Below, piece by piece: positions 36,383 through 47,699 of a stretch of 64,000 nucleotides of DNA. The stretch lies in assembly GCA_044892505.1 (NCBI GenBank), contig CM097882.1, forward strand, positions 562,030,001 to 562,094,000, read 5' to 3'. The DNA is from Schmidtea nova (taxonomy: Eukaryota). The notes beneath the pieces were generated by a model. That model was not told the origin of the DNA, did not search any database, and saw only the letters and a program-made list of their open reading frames with translations. The translations under genes and the position numbers were made by a program. Within the stretch, counting starts at the first letter, position 1. The number at the start of each line of letters is the position of its first letter.

Positions 36383-37913
36383 AAATGAGCCGACATGGAT
36401 TTATAATGTTAATGAAGAGGATTTACAACAAAGCAGATCATTCGTAGGGAGAAATATGTCGAAAGTGGAAGAAGATGAGGCCACAGTTTTTGTGTCGGCC
36501 GGATTTGCAAAATCGAGAATTGATATGAAGGAAACGCTTATCCAGATAGCGATCTTGGACATAAGAGGGAATAATTTATTGAGTGCAGTAGTGACCCCCA
36601 AAGATCCAGTTAAACACTACCAGACGCACCAATATAAGTTGAAGGAACAGGAAATCCGAGGAAACCTCGATGAGGAGGATTGTCACCATTTGATACGGAA
36701 AATCTGTGACAAGAAAATTGTGGTAGGAATTCTAGTAAAGGATTTACTCAAGGTAGCCAATCTAGCAGTGCAGAGATTATTAGGCATCCGTGATTTATCC
36801 ACGAATAAATTGTTAGAATCCCGAGGAGTCCCTAAGATTCATGGCTATTATAAATTAGGATTCCTGACGAAGACATTTTTGCGTACAGTGCCGGGAGAAC
36901 CAAGGAATTTGGTGTTTACAAATGAGGCATTAGCAATTCGTGCTATATATTTACACATCAGAAATGAATGGTTAGACCATATCAGTGTACCTCAGGAAGA
37001 ATTTAGGTCAAAAACTACGGCAGAGATAGTTGAACAAGAAGTTTTACAGACGCGGAAGTTACCCAAACCGCCATCTACATCGGAACAACCCCATACAAAA
37101 AGAAGGGAGAAGACACCAGAATATTTCCCACCACCCCCAATCATATCGATAGGCGAAGATGAATATGAGACATGCATCAGTGAAGCAGAACCACAACAAC
37201 CATTTACCAGCGCTGCCTATCAGCAAAAGGAAGAATCAGAAATTACGCCCGGTAAAAACAAACAGGAAACAGGCAATGTGGCAAGAATTCTTAAAAAGAT
37301 AATACCGGTAAAAAAAGATAAATCCAAGATGAAGCTGAAGAAGGTTGCTAAACAACCAATAGATCGAATAAAAGAATCGCCACAAAAAGAAAGAGAGGAA
37401 AAGATTACTACTAAGAAAGTTTTTGCCGAAATTGATGATGATATAATGGAAGTCGAGTTTCAACCGCCAATTAAGGAGTTGCAAGAAGCAATAAGGGTTA
37501 AGTCTGAACCCGAAGTTCGGAAAAAGATGTTGAAAATCGCAAAAGAGAATATTATAAAGAAACCAGTATCTGTAGATGTAGATGGATTTGAACCAATGTG
37601 GTATAAACGCCCCGATCCTCTATGGAAACCTAGAGCCAAAGATTACGACTGCCAACCGGTTACAAGAATGGTTATAAACAACAATGAAAAATATGATGTC
37701 TATGACGTGGACGGAATACCGTATGTAGTATCATCGCTTATATTAACAAGCGCGTTAGATGACAAAGCAATGGCAGTAAGCTTTGAGTTAGATACCCTGA
37801 AGAAGAGAAAGCAAGTATTGAAAAGGCAGTACGCAATCGCTAACGGTTATAGCACAACAGAAGTACATCTGTACAAGATTCCCGAGCCAGATCCCGATGA
37901 CCTGGATGCCTAA
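36375..37913 (+). CDS. ISG20/REXO4-like DEDDh exonuclease-fold protein with degenerate catalytic residues, Pro/charged linker and unknown C-terminal domain (512 codons, uninterrupted)
   Basis: IAILDIRGNNLLSAVVTPKDPVKHYQT, KKIVVG, IRDLSTNKLL, KLGFLTKTFL and EALAIRAIY parallel ISG20 CSLVNVHGAVLYDKFIRPEGEITDYRT, GKLVVG, IYDTSTDRLL, SLRVLSERLL and DARATMELY. The ExoI DxE is replaced by S-A. Confidence 0.7.
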   Translation: MSRNEPTWIYNVNEEDLQQSRSFVGRNMSKVEEDEATVFVSAGFAKSRIDMKETLIQIAILDIRGNNLLSAVVTPKDPVKHYQTHQYKLKEQEIRGNLDEEDCHHLIRKICDKKIVVGILVKDLLKVANLAVQRLLGIRDLSTNKLLESRGVPKIHGYYKLGFLTKTFLRTVPGEPRNLVFTNEALAIRAIYLHIRNEWLDHISVPQEEFRSKTTAEIVEQEVLQTRKLPKPPSTSEQPHTKRREKTPEYFPPPPIISIGEDEYETCISEAEPQQPFTSAAYQQKEESEITPGKNKQETGNVARILKKIIPVKKDKSKMKLKKVAKQPIDRIKESPQKEREEKITTKKVFAEIDDDIMEVEFQPPIKELQEAIRVKSEPEVRKKMLKIAKENIIKKPVSVDVDGFEPMWYKRPDPLWKPRAKDYDCQPVTRMVINNNEKYDVYDVDGIPYVVSSLILTSALDDKAMAVSFELDTLKKRKQVLKRQYAIANGYSTTEVHLYKIPEPDPDDLDA

Positions 37914-38195
37914 TCAATGCAAGTTGCTTATCAACAACGTCGCAAAGCAAATAGTGTATATACAGAAGACTTGATTTTTTTGTGACTCATATGACCCTGA
38001 ATTTGACTTTTAACAGATCTTTTGACATTTACTTTAATCATGTGATGTATAAATATAAAAAGTGACATCAGATTTGTGATAGTTCTTTTTACGCTGTGTA
38101 TATTTTAAATTTTTATGTTTTATGTTAATGCTGTTTGTGAAAAGCCTGGTTGTTTAATCTTGTTTTCGAGACGAAAATCTTTTAGGGGTAAGACT

Positions 38196-39155
38196 TGTTA
38201 GGATCAGGCCCTTGGCCTTAATGTATTTAGCTTTTAAAACAAATTATATTTAAAAATAGTAATAGTAAATTACTAAAAATAGTTAATAAAAAAATAAAAA
38301 TTACCAAAAATAATTAATCTAGAAAAAACAATTACCAAAAATAGAATCGAGTTATCTTTTGTAATTGCTAGTAAATTAAATAGTAATTTCTAGTTATTAA
38401 ATATAGTTTAGGTAATTTAATTCACATATAAATAGGACAGAGTTTTAGTTGAGAGGGACGATAATACTTTAGACAACGACAGAATTGACGAAAAGTTTTA
38501 ATTATAACAGAATAGTGGACGATAATAAGAAGAAATTAGATTTACAAGAAATCAATCATTTGGAGAAAGGAAAATCGAATTTATAAAGAAGCATAGATTG
38601 CCATTATAAATTATTACTGGAGCTGGAAAATTGTCGGTAAGAAGAAAATTCAATTATTTCGAGAAATTTTGCATTGAGTTGACGACAGGGAGATTTATAT
38701 AAATACTTCGATCACATTTTCTGGAGATATATTTTTCAGCTTTGGTAAGGAAAACGGTGAAGTATTAATTGTTTTGCGAAATTATCATTAGTTTAAATTT
38801 TGAAATTAGTGAAGGATAAATTTATCCTTTTAGTCTTAACATATTTTTTTAAATTAACAAGCGGGTACAAAGTAAAGTAGCTTACTTTAGTATCCTCTGG
38901 GTGCCTCAAAATCATACCCTCTTGCTTGCCCATCTTTGTTAAAACTCTTAGCGATCGTTGTGCTACACAGGAGCCAACGATTTCTTGCAGGCTGACACAA
39001 ACAGCAAGGATTAATTCAATCCATAATCTTGATTGTTCTTTTTGTACAAACATTTGATTGATAAAATACCATTGTAAATTGTTTAATAAAAGTATTTAAA
39101 GAGCAAAGTTTGTTTTCGTTTACAAATTACCTACTAAATAATATACGCAACCACA

Positions 39156-39161
<6 letters not shown>
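38196..39161 (+). mobile_element. 3' LTR of element E (~965 bp)
   Basis: TTCGAGACGAA...tttaggggtaagact (PPT), then TGTTAGG; AATAAA at about 39086; ends ...cactaa(t)a running into a (TA)n tract. Confidence 0.75.
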
Positions 39162-39218
<57 letters not shown>

Positions 39219-39457
39219 TTTATATACATTTATTTTTTTTTTTCATTGGTCAACTTGTGTTAAGATCAGTAACCCCCATCTTTTTGATCTTAACATTTAT
39301 ACAATACTTTGCTCGCCTTTTTGATAACTTCATCTCATTTTTCCATATTTAAATAATCGTATGTCCCAATTTCTAACAAAATATAACTCGTAATTGTCAC
39401 TTTATTTCGCCGGATATATCACAATTACTTTTTCAATAATCTCCTCACCAACGTTTG

Positions 39458-39645
39458 ATCACGTCGGGCTCACCAAATAATGTTGGGTTGTGGGGTTGTT
39501 GGTGAAATGGTAAAAGTTACCAATCAAATATCTGACTCCAAGCGTGCCTTTTAATTGACCCAAATAACAATTAACACTGAAAAATTTTATTGAATATGAC
39601 AATTATTTTCTTAACACGGAATTGACCAAATCAACAGACCAACAA
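39458..39645 (-). mobile_element. U5 end of a 5' LTR of the element D family with a tRNA-Trp primer binding site
   Basis: 39481-39645 resembles 15652-15820 (roughly 93 percent). Five nt inside the LTR end is TGGTGAGCCCGACGTGAT (39475-39458), 17/18 identical to the tRNA-Trp PBS TGGTGACCCCGACGTGAT. Confidence 0.8.
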
Positions 39646-39649
39646 ATAT

Positions 39650-41880
39650 ATAAATTCTTGAACAATTATTTCCAGTTTTTCTGTTATCTATTCATCAAAC
39701 CTTAATTTTATAAGTCTTTAAAGGAGATCGGGAGGCTGGAGATAAATCCTACTAGTCAAAAGAATAAGCATGGCAATTCACTCGAAACACGTGAGCCTAC
39801 ACTGACTACCTGCATTGCAGCAAGCTGTGATATCACAGCGAGTTAGAAAATCGGAAGGTCAAGAAATTTGAAAAAACCTTTCACTTTAGTGCTGGTGTGT
39901 GGAGTAAAAATTGAGTTTGTTGATGTTCTTATTAGGGTAACTACACCAACATAAAATCGTAAACCTCGCGATGGTGCCAGTTAGATACCCCTAATTGCAC
40001 CTCAGATTGAAACTGCGCCAACCGGTGTATGTCAAGAAGGCAAGAGAGCAACCTAGGCGGTTATTATTCCCCTCTTACCCATACGGGTTCATTCGGTCGA
40101 TAGAAGACCTTTCCCTGTCGTACACCTGGTCCCTTATACAAAAATTTTATCTAGAAATTACGATTCTATTAGATTATTTCGTCAAACAAAACATTCTCAT
40201 TCATATCCAATCATCACTCCTAAAACTCAATGGAAAATACACATTTATTCACTCGAATACACTAGTATCAATCGTTTTTAATAACTGTTGTTCAGTAAAT
40301 CCACTTGGATATTAAGCCGTGCAGCGAAAGCTCAGCGTTCTTGTCGTCCTTTTTCCCCCTTATCTGTTCCAGTGTTTTGGTTCCTGGCCTTTTTCTTTCG
40401 CTGGCTGGTTGGTGGGCACTATCTTTGAAGTGGCTGCTTCGTTAGTGAGGGAGAACTCGTTTTGGGTTTCTCTCGTCGAGGATCTATAAGCCGTCCATCT
40501 TTCCAAGGTGATGAATCGGATTTGACTTTTTAAGTGTTGGGATACAAAATACGCCGTCACCGCTCTAAGGCATTTATTGAGTTCAATTCGCGCTGTGGAT
40601 AACTCCGTGGTTTTATCTTCCAATGCCTGCTTAAGTCAATCGTTTCTAATCGCTACCACCTTTATGGCTGCTGAGGTGAACCAGGTTTGGCGTAACTCTT
40701 CGATAATACTAATCTGATGCGTGATTTTCCTCCTTAGCGCTTTATTCCCTTTCCTGAGTTCCATTATCGACTGGTTGTCCTCTTTCATTTCTTTCCGTCT
40801 CTTTCATTTATAATAATAAAATTAACGTTTATAATAATTATCTTGGTAATTCCCCTAAAACGATGCAATATCTACACTGCGTTGAATATTATTATTATCC
40901 CTACTTCTCTGGACTTATTGGGTGAACTCGTCATACCTCATATCCAATAACCAATCATTGCTCGTCCAAATCATCATCCTCATTCCACCGTTCCTCAATC
41001 ATGACTAAACACTTTACCTCTTATTTATCTATTACCCCTGAGAAATTCTTTATCTTTCAAGCATAACTATTCATTTCATACCAATCATTAAATCATTCGA
41101 TCCCCAACAAACAAAAGAAAAATAAACAACTCATTACTAAAATTAACTATTTCAGAACAAAATCAACGCGTTAATATATGTTATTCGATTCATTGATAAC
41201 AAATGGACTTTGCTCGATAGGCCTTATCGTCAAGCGCATATCCAATCTTGGGAGAAAGCTCATCCTTCCTTCAAAATACCATAATCGCCGTAGATGGCGG
41301 GATTTGGCTTCCAACATAAATATTCTTTATATAAGAAGATTTCCTGGATCTTGATATTCGTGAACCAATTCGATTTTCCTTTCCATTCTTCCTTGAATTA
41401 AAATGGAAGGTTCGAGTATCCGAGGGTTTCGCCGGTCTAGAGATAGCGAGGTTTATTCAACAGGATGTAACCCAACTTGTTTAAATCCCGTATCTCGATT
41501 GGTTGGAAGTAGACTAGCAATCTGAGAGTCAGAGTCCTATCACGTAACTCAAAGAACCACCTTTTAACTTCATGAAATTGCATATTTTCGGAACGTGGCC
41601 AATGAGGTCCACCTTCATAATGAACTTCGAATCCTTCTCAATCCCCGGAGCCGAACAGGACTGACTGGCGAAATTCTTGACGCCATCTTCTCATATGATA
41701 ATTGATTTCCTTACTGACGTCTGAGGGAATGTCCTTTAGAGGCCAATGGGCTGGTACTTCAACTTTGCCATTGCAAAAATAGATAACGCCTCTATTCTGG
41801 CGCGCCTGTCGTTCCATATTCATGTTATTCATAAGGCTAAAATCTCAACAATGTTTAAAAATGAATAAATTGCAGACATT
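39650..41880 (-). pseudogene. Decayed unidentified ORF cluster, probably retroelement-derived
   Basis: GC-richer blocks with broken minus-strand ORFs (41638-41832, 40360-40623), intronless; possible LTR edge (tgtcac) at 41880. Confidence 0.3.
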
Positions 41881-42765
41881 GTCACGATGTAATATAGATT
41901 TTAAATGAACTGAACGTTTCTCTTAATATCGATTGGTAATATCAATACATGGGTGAAATGGTGTAGAAAATCGGAATTGCATTTTGACTCAGTTTATCCA
42001 CAATCAATTAATTTTTTGCACTAAACTCAATCAACACATTTGTTCACCTAGCGAAAATGTGCGTCGAAATTAATCGCCAACGATTATTGAAAAATTTCTA
42101 GCCGTTGATCTCGTTCCCTGTCTATGAGTGCGTATATACTTTAGTCGATTAATAAATGTTCACATGTGTTGATTTCGAAATCCCTCCTCATTTAAATTAA
42201 ATCGTCCTTGTCAGAATTCAGCCCCATTCGTTTCCACCCAAAAACAAAACACATTCTCATCCCAATGGTCGTAATATGATATTCCGAATGGGCTATCTGA
42301 ATCCGTTTATCTCATCTGCTAAATGTTACTAAATCCGACTCACTTCATCTCAAAAAACGTGTGCTAGTAGCATCAATATGGCATAGATGTTCTACATATG
42401 TGAAATCGACTGAATATTTCAAATTCCTACCCAATCTGCAAAACCATACCCTAGGTTTAATATACAACTGTTTTATGTATGTGGAATCATACTAATTTCA
42501 AGATCCGTAAACGATTTAAATACATTTTAAACAAAACATGCATCCCTTACCTGTATTAGGCACATGGTCACCACATCGCCCAACTTCCAAAAGGAGTCGG
42601 AACGAGAGGCCAATTTCACCCATTAGGTCACGAGACCATCAGGACGTAATCCTATTGATTTTAGGAAAATCATTATGGGGGTTACCCGAGAATCATAAAC
42701 TAAAACAAAACAACAATAATGAATACCTTTTATTGAGTTCCATAGGAATACAAATTTTCAAATAG

Positions 42766-43420
42766 CAAAATGTCCAAAATTTCTCAAACAAGAATTTCTC
42801 TTACACAAGTCTAAAAGAAGCCGAAGTCACAATTGTCCCTCATACTGATTTAGCGCTGGTAATTATACCAGTTGAAAATTTCAGCCAGCCAATCAGAGGG
42901 CTTCCCTCGTTTATTAATTGGAAATTATTGATTTATTTACCAATTTATTTACATTTTAAATCATTTCAATTTTCAGCATTTGAGCCTCCATTCCCGTTGG
43001 GCAAATTTATGTCGTATAAATATTTGTTTTTATTTATTTCTCATTCCAGGCTGGTTGCATTCTCAGGTGATTTGTTCATTTTACAATTAATTTATTTTTC
43101 TTTAATTTAGGCATTCCTGGTCTTAGTACATTATTACAGGTGGTAATTATTTACTCTGCACTTTTATTCGTATGCAGTTCTTAGGCAATTTATTAATTTC
43201 ATTTTCGTTTTTCAGGTATTATCCCTTCTTATCCGGTTCCCAGTTAATGTTTGGTAATTTGTTATTACTATGTTTCATTTATACTTATCTATTTTTCTTT
43301 ATTCTTGTTTTCTAGGTCTTATCCTGATTACTGGTGAATATTATTTTTATTTGTTTAATTTATATGTTTATTATTTCTAATTTATTTTACATTCAGGCTC
43401 CATTTGGTTGGCCCAACATT
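42766..43420 (+). other. Candidate micro-exon-rich host gene
   Basis: Alternating AT/pyrimidine tracts ending in AG and short GC-richer blocks ending at GT (17-38 nt exons). One phase-consistent join reads ...RWLHSQAFLVLVHYYRWYYPFLSGSQLMFGLILITGSIWLAQH*. No homology recognised. Confidence 0.3.
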
Positions 43421-43999
43421 AATATCAATCAAGATTTCATTGATCCTTTTCCAGAAAACATTTATTCTTCCATATTAATAAAAATAGAAATTGACAAAGA
43501 CAGTCGGGGCTTGTGCCGGTGCTATATAAAATAGGACGAGCAAAGTAATAAGATCGATATATCTTGTATGTATGTAAAGATACCGTCTCTCCAAAAATTT
43601 GAGCAGCGATACGCCAAAAGTGATCTGACTCCGGCAGTGTAGAGCTCTTCCTAATTATGTAATAGATATTTTCAAATTTTCAAAAAGAACCTCTATTCTG
43701 AAAATTTCTCAAATTCTCAAGAGTGTTAGTGCTACTGAAAATGGCACTGCTATATATACCATCTATAGAGCATTTCATTTAATTGATTCAGTAAAACAAA
43801 TGCTTCTAAAAGGGTTTTTTATTTATTTTAATTTATTTTAAAAGAAAATATTTTATTTTTTACTAAAATAAATTTATATTTATGAATAAAATTTTATTCG
43901 TTGTTAAATTTCGAATATCATGCAGTTATTTTATCCAAATGCCCAAAAATTTGAGTTATTCTTACAAGTCATGCCCTACTAATATTTCTCTTATTGCCA

Positions 44000-44720
44000 A
44001 CTTTTGGATGTCTTTCATTTCAGCATACTCATCACATTGATTCCGACTGGCTACTTCAGTTATTCTGTGAATTATTGAATTAAAATGTCGCAATTTAACT
44101 CTAGGAGTCAAGTAGGCTGTAGAAAAACAATTATTTTGATATAAGTCGCATAGACATAACGTATATTCAGCATTAACATCGATGGCATCTTTGACAGTCT
44201 AGTCCGTTGATTATTATTGATTGTGCTGGAATTCTGTATTGTTTGTACATTACTCATATTGTGTTTGGGATTCGATGGTTTTTGGTTGAATTCATTATTG
44301 GTTTCACACTGACTCATATTGCAGCCACTGAAAATCGAAGAGTCATTAGGAATGTTTAACGAGAAACGTTGAGGATTGTTTTGAAATTGGTTGAATAAAT
44401 GAGAATTTGCCATTCCAACCGGAGTACATAATTGAGATTTAGACGAAAGAATTGTCGTATTTAATAACTGATGATTGTTATTGACACGATCAGATAGTTT
44501 GTAAGGATTCGATTCAGATAGCTTCTTTTCACTCAGTATTTCCACAGATCTCGGATTCGTCACGACGTTTGGATTTGAAAGTATTTAACTTGACTTCTTT
44601 TTTGATTTTGAATTAAAAATAGTGAGTTCTTGTTGGACCATGTTGGATTTATTTGAAAAAAGTATCTCGAAAAAGTAAATATTAAAACAATGCTATTTAA
44701 ATCTTCCATTCAATAATTAT
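44000..44720 (-). other. Candidate exons of an unidentified host gene (N/S/Q-rich)
   Basis: ORF 44563-44161 followed by a canonical 44 nt GT-AG intron (44160-44117) that keeps the frame open (LNIP/YLTPRVKLRHFNSIIHRITEV). Confidence 0.4.
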
Positions 44721-44764
44721 TTAATAAATTAATTAATTAAAAAAGAGAAATTTATAATCTAAGG

Positions 44765-45390
44765 CAGTGCTTCTTAAAGTGGTGGTCCGCGGACCGGTGT
44801 CGGTCTGCGAGTCCATAGTGACCGGTCCACAGAACATTTTTGTAAAGATTCACGCAAAGGAAATGAATGGATCCGAAATCCTTTTATTAAAATAAGGGAT
44901 AATTTGAGTGTTGGTTTGGAGAATTGGTTGTTGGAAATAGCTGCTGATGGGACTATGAAGTCGAATTTTGAAAATTTACCAACAATTGCTTCTTTTTGAA
45001 TTAAATTAAAATTAGAATATCCCGAGATCGCTGATATTGCTATTAAAACTCTGCTTCCTTTTCACTGAACATAACTTTGCGAGACTGCTTTTTCGACCAT
45101 TTGTGTCATTAAAACCAAACACCGGAATAGTTTGGATATTCGTGCTCCATTGCGCATGACATTATCCACAATTGAACCACGAATTGAGAAACTAATTTTT
45201 AAAAAAACAGGCTTATCCGTCACATTATTGTATTCGTTATTATTTTTTTACATTGTCTATTTGTTACTTTTTTAATAAATATTAGTAGTATTAATTAAAA
45301 TTTATGTATTCATTATTATTACATGCCGGTCCGTAGCAGATTAGGAAAAATATTACCGGTCCGCGACACAAAAAAGTTTGAGAAGCACTG
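44765..45390 (+). mobile_element. Non-autonomous hAT (Buster/Charlie-type) deletion derivative, 626 bp
   Basis: TIR cagtgcttct(t/c)aaa; exact 8 bp TSD ATCTAAGG (44757-44764 and 45391-45398); internal remnant of the hAT dimerisation domain (LEYPEIADIAIKTLLPF...CETAFS...KTKHRNSLD). Confidence 0.95.
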
Positions 45391-46247
45391 ATCTAAGGCA
45401 CTACATCGGCATCTTTGATTTTTCCGTAAGAATTCATAAGAATATTAAAACTTATAGTCAAAATTTCGACATAAGTAGAAATAATCAATAATTAACTAAA
45501 AAAAGACTCATATATTTTGATTTTACTGATGACCATGTTTGAGGGATTTCTGTGGAGCGGGTTAAACTGAGAAGAAACGGGGAATATTCTTCTAATGAGA
45601 AAATTGAGGAATTTGTTTGAATGCTATGGTGTTTATACATGAGATATTCGCAATTATATGTTGACAAAACCAAGCCTAATAATAGAAGTAATAAATGGAA
45701 ATAAATGGAAAATAAACTGTTAAATTTATGTTTAAATGTGAATTGAAACAGTTAATAACAGCTAACTTATCCACTGTGTATACAGGTAGTAAAATCTATA
45801 TTTATTTGATTTGTGAAACCATTTTAAGTCCTGCACTTCCATTATGTCAATATTGCAGTTCATGCGTAAGAGTCATTTACCCCAAATTGACCTAATTGAT
45901 GCTAACATTTAATACAGTTTGACATAACTCAAAAGAAAACAAATGAGCATATTCATTGTGACATCGAAATTATAATTTTATATTAAAATAAATAAATTAA
46001 CCAAATAGATAAACCAAAAGTGACCCCCAAAATAATACGTGCAATAACTACATTTTCCTCAGACAACACTGCCCCAAATTTATTATTTCATTGCTAAAAA
46101 TATCCTTAATAGGTATAATATTGTATTTATATTATTATACCTATTTTAATTTTCTAAAAAAATAGACTCCAAAAATTATTATTTATCGAAAAAATTTTTC
46201 AGTTTTAAAAAATCGTTGAAAATTAAATAAATTAACAATCAGATTAC

Positions 46248-46894
46248 CATATTATATGATTCAGTAGGAATTATAGAATGAATGAAAACCCATTTTTCCT
46301 GCTCTGTCATTGACATTGAGGAAGGCAAATTTAGTTCAAAAATTTTCCGTAAACTCATATTATAAGCTAAACGGAAAATGATATAAAATAATTGTAATCC
46401 ACTCACAAATGTCGTGATGAGTCACAAAAGAAAATGCCTCCTCTGATAACGTCATATCATCTTCATCATCTAATAATTTATCATAATATGTAATTATTTG
46501 TATCGGACTATAACTGATCTAACCATCATTAAAAATATTTTTAATTTTTTCATAATCATTTTTTGTTGAAACAAAAATTTTTGGTTGAATTTCAATAATT
46601 ACTGGAAATACTATTATTTAACCAATTATAGTTAAAACATTTTAAAATACAGTTAAATAAAGTTTCAAATTTATTATCAAGTTCTAAATCAGGAATCAGA
46701 AAAATTATATCAGATTTCGCATCATAAAATGAAAATCCAATATTTTTATTCTGAATACACAAAGCCAAATAAACCTTTTTATAAATTTAATACGTAATAA
46801 TTTGTAGGCATTTTACCTCATTAATTTCATCATTAATTGAATTCGTAAATTTATTCTTATCAGATGTATCTTTACAAGACAATTTATTCATCAT
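46248..46894 (-). CDS. MSH5: MutS homolog 5, exons 1-5 (46894-46817, 46774-46651, 46610-46524, 46469-46407, 46366-46248)
   Basis: Spliced VYLALCIQNKNIGFSFYDAKSDIIFLIPD...IIEIQPKIFVST...EKWVFIHSIIPTESYNM matches the MSH5 N-terminus ([29 protein letters not shown]...LDEINPQSVVTS...[17 protein letters not shown]). Four GT-AG introns of 40-54 nt in consistent phase. Confidence 0.88.
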
Positions 46895-47010
46895 ACTAAA
46901 ACTCAAAAATATTAAGACATTTAATAGTTATTTCTATTTAATTTCAAAATATGTGCAATATTGTTACGTTAAAACAAATATTTTTTATTTACATTTCTTT
47001 TTAAAATATA

Positions 47011-47265
47011 CACTAGAACCTCGATTTGCGTTGTTTTCGAAGTTGCGTTGTTCTTAAATTTTCGTCATTTCAGAGTTGCGTCGTTAAAATTTTGGTTTGC
47101 GTCTCTTAAAATTTATATAAATAAGATGTCTCATTTAATTCTGTAATTCAATTGTTTTCTGTTAGTACTTATTAACAAAATAGTTATACATACATCAATA
47201 CTAAAAACTCGATTTGCGTCATATTATTCAAGTCCCAATTAACGACGCAAACCGAGGTTCTAGTG
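47011..47265. mobile_element. Tc1/mariner (Tigger-like) MITE, 255 bp
   Basis: TIR cactagaacctcg(a/g)tttgcgt with TA on both flanks. Confidence 0.9.
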
Positions 47266-47699
47266 TACTTTAGTAAAATTTAAAAATTTTGAATTTTTAC
47301 AATATTAATTTAAAATTAATATTATAATTTTTAAAAATAAATCAAAATTTTTTTCATTTAATATCAATATTGGCATTGCCTTTATCAAGTTTGTCATTAA
47401 CAAGTGAAATAATACTTAAGAAACTAAATTTCAAAAATTTGTGCTGAAAAGGAGAAATTGTTGATTTATTGCCTGAAAACTAGAATAATATTATATGAAT
47501 AACAGAAAATAATTTAATTCTAAAATTTATTAAATCAAAAATTCTGCTATTTCTTTTTAATAATAAAACACATATTAATCATGAATTAATTAATTTCAAT
47601 ATTTTATTTAAATTATAAGTTCGATGTGTCACATGTCCATGTATAACGATCATGTTTATATTGGAGTTTTGTTTTTAAATTCTTTGGCAGGATATCTTC

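Larger units (their letters stand above)
27711..39161 (+). mobile_element. Element E: 5'-truncated Ty3/Gypsy LTR retrotransposon with env upstream of pol and multiple cargo ORFs
   Basis: Co-linear ORF X, Bcl-2-like, gB-like env, PR-RT-RH-IN, GP2 and exonuclease-like ORFs, then PPT and a 3' LTR at 38196-39161. Cut on the left by the hAT end. Confidence 0.88.
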
